DNA of 64,000 nucleotides from a virus (lineage: Duplodnaviria > Caudoviricetes). Each line of letters starts with the position of its first letter. Within the stretch, counting starts at the first letter, position 1. Location: positions 26,210 through 90,209 of the IMG/VR virus record IMGVR_UViG_2615840613_000003; one strand, 5' to 3'. Both the position numbers and the translations under genes were made by a program. This document shows, one piece after another, positions 9,638 through 18,366 of the stretch. The notes under the pieces are model-generated. The model worked only from the letters and a program-made list of their open reading frames with translations. It did not search any database and was not told where the DNA came from.

Positions 9638-9850
9638 ATGATGAACTACAAGCGCAAGAAATCCCGAACCAGAAGCAGGAGCGTCGGCGCGTTCCCGAAC
9701 GGAACGCCGTCGCACTGGAACATCCTGTTCCACAGCCGTCCGCGCCGCCGCCGCAACGCCCGGACGATCACCCGGCTGCTGCACGGCGCCGATCCCGATA
9801 CGCTGATCTGGGATCTCGGCAACCACAAGCCGCACAAATACTACTGGTGA
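9638..9850 (+). CDS. Small basic hypothetical protein
   Basis: GGAGGA RBS at 9629-9634; MMNYKRKKSR...KPHKYYW. Confidence 0.55.
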   Translation: MMNYKRKKSRTRSRSVGAFPNGTPSHWNILFHSRPRRRRNARTITRLLHGADPDTLIWDLGNHKPHKYYW

Positions 9851-9854
9851 TGCC

Positions 9855-10076
9855 ATGACCAATGTTTCCACCGATCACGGCACGGTCCTGCCATCAGGCT
9901 CCTCCGCCCTCGTCGTCTCCGCCGAGGGCGAGCTGTCCTTCTATCTGCCCGACAATCCGCTGGATGCACCGGTCCCGCACCTGGTCCAGCTTCTCGTGGC
10001 CGTGCTGATGCGGAGTGAGGACGAGGACTGGGTGGAGGAGATGCTCGGCATCTTCGAGGATCAGTCCCGGAACTGA
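9855..10076 (+). CDS. Small acidic hypothetical protein
   Basis: ORF 4 bp after the previous one; acidic C-terminus. Confidence 0.5.
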   Translation: MTNVSTDHGTVLPSGSSALVVSAEGELSFYLPDNPLDAPVPHLVQLLVAVLMRSEDEDWVEEMLGIFEDQSRN

Positions 10077-10291
10077 CCGCTGACCCGGATCGCCTCGAAC
10101 AGCCTCCGCAGCAGGAAGCTGCGCAGAATCGAGACGACGGTGAAGATCGCCCCGATCGCCAGCGCGTCGTTGAGGCGCGCGGGCAGACCGAACCACGGAA
10201 AGATCACCAGCTGGGTCGCAACCGCGACGCCATAGCCGACGGCCACGTTGGCGATGGCTTCGACCAGCGACATGATGCGCGACTGCTTCAT
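10061..10291 (-). CDS. Small two-TM membrane protein
   Basis: MKQSRIMSLVEAIANVAVGY, two hydrophobic helices, RRLFE end; coupled to the upstream ORF by an ATGA overlap. Confidence 0.75.
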   Translation of the reverse strand: MKQSRIMSLVEAIANVAVGYGVAVATQLVIFPWFGLPARLNDALAIGAIFTVVSILRSFLLRRLFEAIRVSGQFRD

Positions 10292-11246
10292 GCTGGCATC
10301 CCGTCATCGATCGGCCAGCAACTCAGCTGCGAGAGTTCTGAGCGCATGCGCCGCAACCAGCGGGACCACTCCGTTCCCTCAGAGCCGAAGCCGGTCCACC
10401 CGGTGGGCCAGCCCATCAGCGCCTCGACGAACAGCGGGTTCAAGGTTCGGCGCGCATCGGAGGTATCGCTCCCAGCCATAGGTGTCACCAGGACCTGGCG
10501 GCCAAGCAGGCCGTTCACCGGCGTGTTCGCCAACGTCGTCGCCCCATCCTTGTGGTCGCGCGCCGTCGGCGTCATCCATATCCCCGCCGCATGGGTCAGG
10601 TCGGCACTCCTGCGGTTGCCAGCGCTCGGCTTGCAGCCGTCGCTCGCCATCGGCGTCGGCCAATCCCGCGCCATCCGGTCCAGACCCTTCTCGTCGCGCC
10701 TGTCGCCACCTCGACTGCGAAAACTGTCGGTCTGCGGCGTCGGAAGTCGGCGCGCCCCACAAGCGTGAGCGGCTCTTCATCCTCGCCATCCGCGAGGGAG
10801 ACGAACTGGCCGACCCCGCGCGCCTGCTCTGGAACCCGGTCGAGTGGCGGCAACCGGACCGAATTGCTGCAGCTCTGGCCGACGCCCCGCGCCAACGCCA
10901 ACGAGAACCGGCAGACGAAGCCGACGCCATCGCAGGAAGCGGGTCAGCACGGGATGAACCTCGCAACGACGGCGGCGATGTGGCCGACGCCGCAGACCGA
11001 CAGTTTTCGCAGTCGAGGTGGCGACAGGCGCCGGATCCAGGGCCGCGTCTTCCATCCGCGCCACGAGGACGGCTGCGGCGTAGGTTTCTCGTTCGACATG
11101 GCCCACAGCACGATATCCGGGGATGGCGACGGCGAGCCCGAGATCGAGCCCGCCAGCGCCGGAGCAAAGCGAGAGGCCGAACAGGCATGCGTCTGCGGTT
11201 CCGGAAGTGCATCCGGAGGAAGGTAGAGCCAGGTCATGCATGTCAC
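10288..11246 (-). pseudogene. Scrambled C5 cytosine DNA methyltransferase locus (alpha frame plus overlapping beta frame)
   Basis: Motif I (LSLCSGAGGLDLG) on the minus strand, motif VIII (VGAPHKRERLF) now on the plus strand, motif X (LRL*GNGVVP) with a TGA at 10379-10381; catalytic PCQ and ENV motifs not found. Confidence 0.85.
10696..11031. repeat. Perfect 48-bp inverted repeat (10696-10743 / 10984-11031) flanking a 240-bp inverted segment
   Basis: GCGCCTGTCGCCACCTCGACTGCGAAAACTGTCGGTCTGCGGCGTCGG and its exact reverse complement. Confidence 0.95.
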
Positions 11247-12580
11247 GCGGCTATTTCGGGTTCGGTTTCAGACGCGGCCGGGGCATCCCCAAGCCGCTCG
11301 GTCCTCACCTGCGCGAATGTCCGACCGTCGCCGTCGAGGATCGCTTCGCGACCCGTTTCGGCCTGCCAGCGCTCCACGGCCACATCGACATAGGCCGGGC
11401 TGATCTCCATCGCAAAGACGCGCCGACCATTGGCTTCGCCCGCCATGATCTGCGAGCCGGAGCCCGAGAAGGGCTCGTAGCAGAGCCCGCCGCGCGCCAC
11501 GTGCTGGCGCATCGGGATCCCGAAGGCGTCGAGCGGCTTCGGCGTCGGATGGTCGGGCCGCTCGTCCCTCGCGAAGCTCGGCATCTCCCAGGTCGAGGGC
11601 AATGTCTCGTCCGCCACCTTCGGCGGTCGGTTGGGGCGCCGCCAGCCCATGAAGCACGGCTCGTGCTTCCAGAGGTAATGCGAGCGGGTCAGGACGCCCC
11701 GGTCCTTCACCCAGATGATCTGCTGGTGAACGAAGGCGCCGGCCTTCTCCCAGCAGGCCTCCAGCATCGCCTGGCGACGCGAGGCGTGCCAGCAGTACCA
11801 GGCGGCATCCTCGGTGATCGCCTCGGCGATGGCAGCGGCGATGAAGCCGTCGTAGAGGTCCGCGCCCTGCGAGCTGTCGTCCCAGGTCACGCCGTAGGAC
11901 TGGCTCCAGTCCTTGTTGCGCGTCGGGTGGTTGGAGCCGTCATAATCGACGAGATACGGCGGGTCGGTCGCGAACAGCACTGCGCGCTCGCCGTTCATCA
12001 GGCGGCGGACATCGGCATGGGAGGTCGCGTCACCGCAGAGCAGACGATGCTCACCGAGGATCCACAGATCGCCGGTCCGCGAGGCCGGGTTGCGCGGCGG
12101 TTCGGGGATGGTCACCGGGGGCACGCTGGCACCGCCGCCTTCCTGGCCATCGCCCTCCTGCACATAAGCTAGCAGCTTGTCGAGCTCGCCGTCGGAAAAC
12201 CCGACCAGCGACAGGTCGAAGTCCTCGGCCAGCAACTCGTTCAACTCGGCCGAGAGCAGCGCCTCGTCCCAGCTTCCCAGTTCCGTCAGCTTGTTGTCCG
12301 CGATGCGGTAGGCCCGGCGCTGCGCCTCGGTCAGATGACCGAGCACGATCACAGGCGCCTCCGTCAACCCCAGCTGCGTCGCGGCAAGCACGCGCCCATG
12401 GCCTGCGATCAGCTCCCCGTCCTCGGCCACGAGGCAGGGCACGGTCCAGCCGAACTCGGCCATGCTGGCGGCGATCTTCGCGACCTGGTCTGCCCCGTGC
12501 ACCTTCGCGTTCTTCGCGTAGGGCTGGAGCCTGGCCAGCGGCCACATCTCGATCCGCTCGGGAGCGAAGCTCAGCGTCAT
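11243..12580 (-). CDS. ParB/Srx-domain N6/N4 DNA methyltransferase
   Basis: N-terminal ParB-like (IAGHGR, ADNKL); TDPPY, HPTPKP, EPFSGSGS motifs; start MTLSFAPE at 12580. Confidence 0.92.
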   Translation of the reverse strand: MTLSFAPERIEMWPLARLQPYAKNAKVHGADQVAKIAASMAEFGWTVPCLVAEDGELIAGHGRVLAATQLGLTEAPVIVLGHLTEAQRRAYRIADNKLTELGSWDEALLSAELNELLAEDFDLSLVGFSDGELDKLLAYVQEGDGQEGGGASVPPVTIPEPPRNPASRTGDLWILGEHRLLCGDATSHADVRRLMNGERAVLFATDPPYLVDYDGSNHPTRNKDWSQSYGVTWDDSSQGADLYDGFIAAAIAEAITEDAAWYCWHASRRQAMLEACWEKAGAFVHQQIIWVKDRGVLTRSHYLWKHEPCFMGWRRPNRPPKVADETLPSTWEMPSFARDERPDHPTPKPLDAFGIPMRQHVARGGLCYEPFSGSGSQIMAGEANGRRVFAMEISPAYVDVAVERWQAETGREAILDGDGRTFAQVRTERLGDAPAASETEPEIAA

Positions 12581-12599
12581 GGGCAAGGCGTTTCCGTCG

Positions 12600-12822
12600 T
12601 GCGGGTGGATTGCCGGCTGGCTTCCGGACTCCGGATGCCGCGCTGGACTCCACGCGGGATCCAGCGGCGTCCGGCCACCAGGCCCGAAAGCCAGCATTCA
12701 TTGGGGTCTGCGCGGGGTTCCGGCGGCTCCGACTTCCGGGTGGCTTCCCAAAAATCCGGCCCTGCCGCTGGCGATGCGCCGCGCTTCGCCCGCCAGCATA
12801 CGATTTCCGCCAGGAAGGACCC
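12600..12822 (-). other. Candidate cos site (cosQ-cosN-cosB)
   Basis: Minus strand ACGGGTCCTT matches the lambda cosQ context; GC-rich 12-mer GCGGGCGAAGCG (12782-12793) 22 nt further on; repeated GGAAGCCA-like boxes downstream. Confidence 0.6.
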
Positions 12823-13051
12823 GTGAACTCGTATGCTCAGGCGATGTTGGCGTGAACGGGCATCGATCCGTAACGAAAGGATCAGTGCGGATCCTTTACT
12901 TGGATCGGTTCCAGTGAAAGGATCCGTGCGCTCGTGATCGCGACGCGCGCGCCCCTCCCGAGAATAGCCAGAATCTACCCAAGAACTGGGGTTTTCGTCT
13001 CTTCGAAAAGTGTCCGGCGGACACTTTCCGCTTCGCTTCGCGAGCTTGCGA

Positions 13052-13570
13052 TCATTCGCCGAGGAGCGCTCGCAGATCTTTCATCAGCAGGAAGAGATGA
13101 TAGGGGTCGGTCGGACTCGGCTCGAAGTCGAACTGCTCGTACCAGGCGCGCGCTTCATCGTCCTTGGCATGAACGAGAAGCGCTCGGATACCTGCAATTT
13201 CGGCAGCTTGAGCCGTGCGCAGCAGTGCATCCTTGAGCAATGCTTTGCCCAGCCCCTTTCCCTGCTCGGCTCGGTCGATGGCAAGCCGCGCGAGGAGCAT
13301 TACCGGGATCGGATGACGGGCAAGCCCTTTGCCGACACGACCGGGAGCGTCGGCATGTTCAACGGCGCCGACCGCAAGGCTGTAATAGCCCGCGACACGC
13401 TGCTCCCTGCGGCACACGACATAGGTCTGAGCGCTGCCCGCTTTCTGGTTGACCAGAGCGTGGCGTTGCAGGAATCGATCCAGAGTTTCCTTGCCGCAAT
13501 CAAACGCGTCGACCTCGTGGGAGGCATCGAGCTTTTGGACGGCAGAGAACGATTGGTTCTCCGCCGTCAC
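13052..13570 (-). CDS. GNAT acetyltransferase toxin (TacT/AtaT-like)
   Basis: FDCG..LDRFL, GYYSL, LLARLAID..QGKGLG, VHAKDDEARAWY..FDF. Confidence 0.9.
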   Translation of the reverse strand: MTAENQSFSAVQKLDASHEVDAFDCGKETLDRFLQRHALVNQKAGSAQTYVVCRREQRVAGYYSLAVGAVEHADAPGRVGKGLARHPIPVMLLARLAIDRAEQGKGLGKALLKDALLRTAQAAEIAGIRALLVHAKDDEARAWYEQFDFEPSPTDPYHLFLLMKDLRALLGE

Positions 13571-13842
13571 TCAAGCACGCTCTTCTCGGCGAGCAGTCTG
13601 GCGAGGCGTGGCTTGCTCTGGACGGGGCGGTCGAGAGCATCCTGGAAGGCTTGCCACTGGGCGTCATCCAGCCGGAACATGCGCCGATCGACGAGCGCTT
13701 CCTCGGCGGCATGAATGCCCGCCTCGAGCAGGAACTCCGTCACGTTCTTGTGCGAAAACGTGGCTGCACGTTGCAGCAGCGCCTTCATGGTCGGCGTGGT
13801 GCGCACCTCGATACGTTCGGACTTGGCTTCGGCTACGGGCAT
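13567..13842 (-). CDS. DUF1778 antitoxin (TacA/AtaR-like)
   Basis: KSERIEVRTT..KALLQRAA..NVTEF..LDDAQWQAFQDALDRP; ATGA overlap with the toxin. Confidence 0.9.
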   Translation of the reverse strand: MPVAEAKSERIEVRTTPTMKALLQRAATFSHKNVTEFLLEAGIHAAEEALVDRRMFRLDDAQWQAFQDALDRPVQSKPRLARLLAEKSVLE

Positions 13843-13896
13843 GGCTGATCTCCTGTCCCAATTTCTGTATCATACGGACAACGTACGGACAAGAAG

Positions 13897-14349
13897 TTAA
13901 TTGGGGTGACTGGTCGGGTCCTCGCAAGCCCCTTTGACCATTTCAATCACGTAGCGGCGCGACCGGAGACGGGGGACTTTGCGCTGGTTAAGCCGCCATG
14001 CGATCACGCAGAGCGCATAGAGCCAGTGCTCGTGCGCCGCCGAGCGCTGCAATCCGACGGTCCAGCAGATGGTTTTCCAGCGCTCGCCGTAGGCGCGCAG
14101 CCAGACGATCTTGCCGTCGATCGGATCGAGCCCCACCGTCCAGCTGAGCGTCTCCTCCATCCGGCTGATCGCGGCGGGTGACGGGATGACGCGCATCGGC
14201 TTTGGCTCCTGTCCGACCTTGTCGGCGAAGCTATGGATGACCTCCGGCCAGACGCTGAAATATCCCTGCCGCCGGGGTTCGGGCAGGCGCTTGAGCACGA
14301 AGGCCGCTTCCGCGAGACGTTCCTCGACGAGGCTCGGCGTCCACCTCAC
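13897..14349 (-). CDS. DUF6362-like protein (possible late transcription regulator)
   Basis: WTPSLVEERLAEAA..LP, C-terminal helix-turn-helix-like segment; GTG start overlaps the upstream stop. Confidence 0.65.
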   Translation of the reverse strand: MRWTPSLVEERLAEAAFVLKRLPEPRRQGYFSVWPEVIHSFADKVGQEPKPMRVIPSPAAISRMEETLSWTVGLDPIDGKIVWLRAYGERWKTICWTVGLQRSAAHEHWLYALCVIAWRLNQRKVPRLRSRRYVIEMVKGACEDPTSHPN

Positions 14350-14879
14350 AGCACACCTCCCCGGGTCTCCATCGCCCAAAGCAGGATCGCGATCGCGTCG
14401 GCCTCGTTGTCGTCGGCGGGTTGGAACCCGCGCTGGCGCATCGCGGCGAGCACGGCATCCTTGCCAGCGTTGCCCTTGCCCGTGGCGAAGCGTTTGATGG
14501 TGCCGACAGGAACGCCCTGATAGGCGACGCCCTCACGCTCGCACCAGGCGGTCAACGTCGCCAGGAAACCGCCGTAGAGGTGGGCGGCGTCAGTGCCGAT
14601 ATGGCGCCGGACCTCCTCGAAATAGATCGCGGCCAACCCACCGCTGTCGTCGGCCAGTTGTTCGAGCCAGTGCTGGAAGCGCAGGTAGCGCATGCCGCCG
14701 CCGTCGTAGCGGCATGAGCGGAAGCTGGCGGTTCCGCTGTGCACGATCCCGCCCGCCAGGCTCGCCCAGCCCGTGGTGGTGCCGAGATCCAGGGCGAGAA
14801 TGGCGCTGCCCGCGGATGTCGAGATGACCGGGGCCGGATGGGGCGCGCTCTTGGGGAGGGGTGACGGGCACTGGCTCAT
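14346..14879 (-). CDS. RuvC-like Holliday junction resolvase
   Basis: ILALDLGTTTGW, FEEV, TIKRFATGKGNAGK, DNEADA. Confidence 0.85.
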   Translation of the reverse strand: MSQCPSPLPKSAPHPAPVISTSAGSAILALDLGTTTGWASLAGGIVHSGTASFRSCRYDGGGMRYLRFQHWLEQLADDSGGLAAIYFEEVRRHIGTDAAHLYGGFLATLTAWCEREGVAYQGVPVGTIKRFATGKGNAGKDAVLAAMRQRGFQPADDNEADAIAILLWAMETRGGVL

Positions 14880-15014
14880 GGTGGTGGGTCCTTCTCGTCT
14901 GATGTCGGTGAGGGGATGGACGACACGGCGACCGCGCGCGCGAAGCCCCTGGGGGTGGGAGTGGGAGAACCCGCTCGGCGCGGTTCTCCCCCACCCCCGA
15001 AGGGGGTGGCTTTC

Positions 15015-15275
15015 ACCCCCACAACTTCGAGAGCGCATCAACACCTTGAATCGTTTGGAGAAATCGAAGTTGGGACAGCCCATGGCGCGGGTCGCGTTCC
15101 CAACTTGAATCTGCGAAAGGCCGCGCAACGGAGCGCGCGGGAGCCAAGGTAGTTGGGACGAGCTTTCCCAACTTGAATGTGCGCGGGACGGCTGGGCGAA
15201 GCGCGGCGGCGCGAAAAGCAACGAAAGTAGTTGGGAAGCTGGCCGCCCAGCTCGCCGCAACTTGCCACAACTTGA
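15015..15275. repeat. Iteron-like repeat cluster, candidate replication origin
   Basis: Eight CAACT(T/A) cores on both strands, including TCCCAACTTGAAT x2 and GTAGTTGGGA x2, just 3' of the primase-helicase. Confidence 0.6.
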
Positions 15276-15313
15276 TCCTGCGTAAGCCCGCGTAATCGGG
15301 ATGAGCTGGCGCA

Positions 15314-17602
15314 TCACGAGGTCTCCTCCGTCTGATAGACCCAGACCAGAGGGTTCTCGACCGGCAGCGCCGCGCCGCTCTGCGGGCACTTGTAGGTGCT
15401 GGGAAGGACCGGGATCCGGACGGGCACGACCTCGCCGGTGTCGGGGTCTGCCGTCTCTTCTCCGGTCGGGAACGTCATGCCCTCGACGCAGAGATAGCCG
15501 AACTTCGAGCGCGAGGTTGGCAGACCGAACGGCGCGCCATCGCGAACGAACTTGATGAAACCCTTCGTGGCCAGCACGCTGATCCGTTCGCGGATCGTGT
15601 CCTTGCCGCCGAGCCCGGCCTGGTTCTCGAAGCTCTCGGCGAATTGCAGCGCGGTATAGAGCCGGCCGGCCTTGGCCTGATCGAACAGAAGCTGCAGGAT
15701 GACGTCGTGCTTGCGGATGCGCTCGGCGTCGAGCTTCTCGCCGAACTCGCGACGCACGATCCGCTGGCCGGAACGATCGATTTCGACCCAACGCCCATCG
15801 GCCTTGTCGATGACCATCGGCTCGATGCCCGGGCCGTTGCGCAGCTCGAAATGCAGCATCCGCTCGGGCCGGTCTTCATCGGGCCGGTGCATGATGATGC
15901 CGGAGGTGTAGAAGCTGCGGAGCGATCCCGCGCCCGAGAGCGCCATGAACGGATCCTCGACCAACTGCTTCTTGGGTGTCTTGCGGGTGTGATGGCAGAG
16001 GATCAGGCCGGCATCCGGGGCTACGGCGTCCCGTAGGGCCTCGACCCGCTCCTGCAGGAAGAAGAGCATCGCGGTGTTGTCGTTCTCCCCGCCGCCGTCC
16101 GGACCCCCATCGAAGAGATTGCGGATCGGGTCGATGCAGAGGATATCGGGCGCGCCATGGCCGTAGTGGGCGCGAACCGCGGCGATGGTCAGGCCCACGC
16201 CGCCGGCGTCGAGCAGCATGCGGACCTTCGGCGTAGCGACGAGATTATCGCGCGCCGCAGCCAGGAGCGCCGGCTCGATCCGGATGGCCTGGAGGCGCTC
16301 CCGGAGGTAATGGTACTGGATCTCCGCCTGCAGATAGAAGATCCGCAAGGGCCGGCTCGGCGCAAAGCCGAGGAAGGGCACGCCCGCCGCCATGTGGACA
16401 AGCAGACTGATCAGGAAGTCGCTCTTGCCGACCTTGGGCGCGCCGCCGAGCACCAGCATCCCGCCGGGCGTCAGCAATCGCGGCGCGATGATGTCGTCGG
16501 GCATCGGGCTCACGTCGTCGAGCAGCGCGCCGAGCGTGAATACCGGCAGCGCGGACATCGGCGGCACGGCGATCCGTTCGAGAGCCGGTCCGTGGCGCTC
16601 TTCATGCAGCCGCCAGAGGCGCTGTGCTTCCGAGGCGAGACGTTCGAGCGGCCAGCTGGGACGGAGCTGGGCGGCGTTGTACTGGCAGATCGCCTCCCAA
16701 GCGTCGTCGCGGCTCATGCGGCCCTCATGCGCCATGCGGACGTAGTGGCCGATGGCGGCGCTCGCCCCCTGGAAGCGGGTCCAATCGTCTGATCCGCCTT
16801 CGCGGACGGGCGTCGTCAGGACATCGGTGATCGACGGCTTGTCCGTAGAGGGGCCTGGCTCGGATCCGACCCCGGCAAGCGGCGGCATGTCGGCGACGAC
16901 ATCCGCGAAGTCGCGCAGATGGACCTCGACCCGCGGGCTATGGCGGCGGATGTTGACCAGCCGCTTGAACCCACCCTTGTGATAGACCGAACCAGCCAGG
17001 CGGATCGGCTGGTGAGCCGATCGGAAATGCGTGTCGCCGCCCACCTTGACCGCGATGTCGCCGCGCAGCCGACAGAGAAGCGCGATATCCTCGCCCTCGG
17101 CCGGTTCGCTCAAGCGCCACCAGACATGCAGCTTGTCGAGACCGTCCGGCGTCCGGCCGCCGCTTTCGACGAGCAGTGTCGGCTCGCCGAGATGCCGGAG
17201 GAGGTGGTCGAGCTTGGCCACAATATCGCCGGCGTCGAGGTCGACCAGAACCGTCTGCATCTGCTGGACATCGGCGGCCTTGGCCTTGCCGGTCTCGGCG
17301 ACCGTTCCCGGCACCACATAGAAGGCCGCGCCCTCGCGCGCTGCCCAACCGGCGAAGGAAACCGCCTTCTCCAGCAAACTGTCGTCGATCTCGATCCAGG
17401 CGTTGTGGGGTCGGCCGTCTATGCCCTGGCCCTTGTCCACGAACCCGCGCAGGGGCACCCAGCCCTCGCAGTAACCGAAGACGACGTCGAGAAAGATGGC
17501 GATCTGCTCGGGATCCGGCTCGATGTCGAACGGATCGGCCTGCGGCGTAGCGTCGTTGAAGTCGCGCCAGGGGTTGAAGTGGACGATGTTGTCGTCGCTC
17601 AT
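15314..17602 (-). CDS. Primase (RepB/AEP-like) - RecA-family (AAA_25) helicase fusion
   Basis: VDLD, VESGG..LHVWW, QPIRLAGS primase motifs; Walker A GGAPKVGKS, Walker B LCIDP, HHTRK. Confidence 0.85.
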   Translation of the reverse strand: MSDDNIVHFNPWRDFNDATPQADPFDIEPDPEQIAIFLDVVFGYCEGWVPLRGFVDKGQGIDGRPHNAWIEIDDSLLEKAVSFAGWAAREGAAFYVVPGTVAETGKAKAADVQQMQTVLVDLDAGDIVAKLDHLLRHLGEPTLLVESGGRTPDGLDKLHVWWRLSEPAEGEDIALLCRLRGDIAVKVGGDTHFRSAHQPIRLAGSVYHKGGFKRLVNIRRHSPRVEVHLRDFADVVADMPPLAGVGSEPGPSTDKPSITDVLTTPVREGGSDDWTRFQGASAAIGHYVRMAHEGRMSRDDAWEAICQYNAAQLRPSWPLERLASEAQRLWRLHEERHGPALERIAVPPMSALPVFTLGALLDDVSPMPDDIIAPRLLTPGGMLVLGGAPKVGKSDFLISLLVHMAAGVPFLGFAPSRPLRIFYLQAEIQYHYLRERLQAIRIEPALLAAARDNLVATPKVRMLLDAGGVGLTIAAVRAHYGHGAPDILCIDPIRNLFDGGPDGGGENDNTAMLFFLQERVEALRDAVAPDAGLILCHHTRKTPKKQLVEDPFMALSGAGSLRSFYTSGIIMHRPDEDRPERMLHFELRNGPGIEPMVIDKADGRWVEIDRSGQRIVRREFGEKLDAERIRKHDVILQLLFDQAKAGRLYTALQFAESFENQAGLGGKDTIRERISVLATKGFIKFVRDGAPFGLPTSRSKFGYLCVEGMTFPTGEETADPDTGEVVPVRIPVLPSTYKCPQSGAALPVENPLVWVYQTEETS

Positions 17603-18366
17603 GCTGGCAGGCTCCAGCAGCGTTCCGCCCACGGGCACATCCGGCACGCGTGGAAGTCACGGGTCGTGGCGATGCGCGGCAGCAGATCCCCTGCATCCGT
17701 CGCCTGAAGGATCCGCACGGCGCGGTCGCTCATACGCTGTGCGAGCCCTGCGTCGAACGGCACGAGTTCGTGGTGCAGTTCGGCGGTGTCCTTGTTGATG
17801 GCGGTGAAGAGCGCGGGATTGTCGGAGATGCCGGGGACCTGCGCCTCCATGTAGGCCTGGTAGAGGGCGATCTGGGACGCGTAGACAGGCTTCGCGACAA
17901 CCACGCCCTTGGCCACGGTCTCGCGCCAGTTCCTGGCGTTCATCGTCTTGCATTCCCAGAGCGCGGGAACGCCGATGCCCAGCAGCTGGGGTGCAGCGGC
18001 GATGATCCCATCGACATGACCGCGGATGCGGCCACCAGCGACCGAGAAACCGAATTGCTCGCCGTCCGGACGGTTGCCCTTGCGGGTATAGAGATCGAAC
18101 CCGGCACCGCGCAGCCAGCGGATGGCAAGATCTTCGAGCGCGTGTCCGATCTCGAAGATCCGCAGAGTCTGCCCAGAGAACTCCAGGCCCTCATCCTTCG
18201 GCGCACCCGCGAACTCGAATTGCAGAGCGCGCTCACAGCCGTGTCCAAGGCGGGAGCCGCCGAGATAGGCCCTCGGCGCAACCGCCGCGCGTTCAGCAGC
18301 GATCGCCTCGTCGATCACCGCATTGATGCGTTCGGCGCAGGTGGGGCGGTGGTTATAGTCGAGCAT
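17599..18366 (-). CDS. PD-(D/E)XK exonuclease (Cas4-like phage family)
   Basis: YLGGSRLGHGC, GHVDG, WECKT, Q.ALY, C-terminal CRMC..C. Confidence 0.8.
   Translation of the reverse strand: MLDYNHRPTCAERINAVIDEAIAAERAAVAPRAYLGGSRLGHGCERALQFEFAGAPKDEGLEFSGQTLRIFEIGHALEDLAIRWLRGAGFDLYTRKGNRPDGEQFGFSVAGGRIRGHVDGIIAAAPQLLGIGVPALWECKTMNARNWRETVAKGVVVAKPVYASQIALYQAYMEAQVPGISDNPALFTAINKDTAELHHELVPFDAGLAQRMSDRAVRILQATDAGDLLPRIATTRDFHACRMCPWAERCWSLPA

Noticed and set aside
10696-11031. Recombinase-driven phase-variable switch for the methyltransferase
   Set aside because: The repeat is duplicated coding sequence, the catalytic motifs are absent in either orientation, and a further stop lies at 10379.
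14880-15791. N-terminal extension of the 481-aa ORF 14346-15791
   Set aside because: It overlaps the primase-helicase and the repeat cluster; recognisable RuvC-like sequence starts at ATG 14879 behind an AGAAGGA RBS.
17599-18366. CRISPR-Cas (Cas4-like gene)
   Set aside because: No repeat-spacer array or other cas genes were seen; this is a phage recombination-module nuclease.
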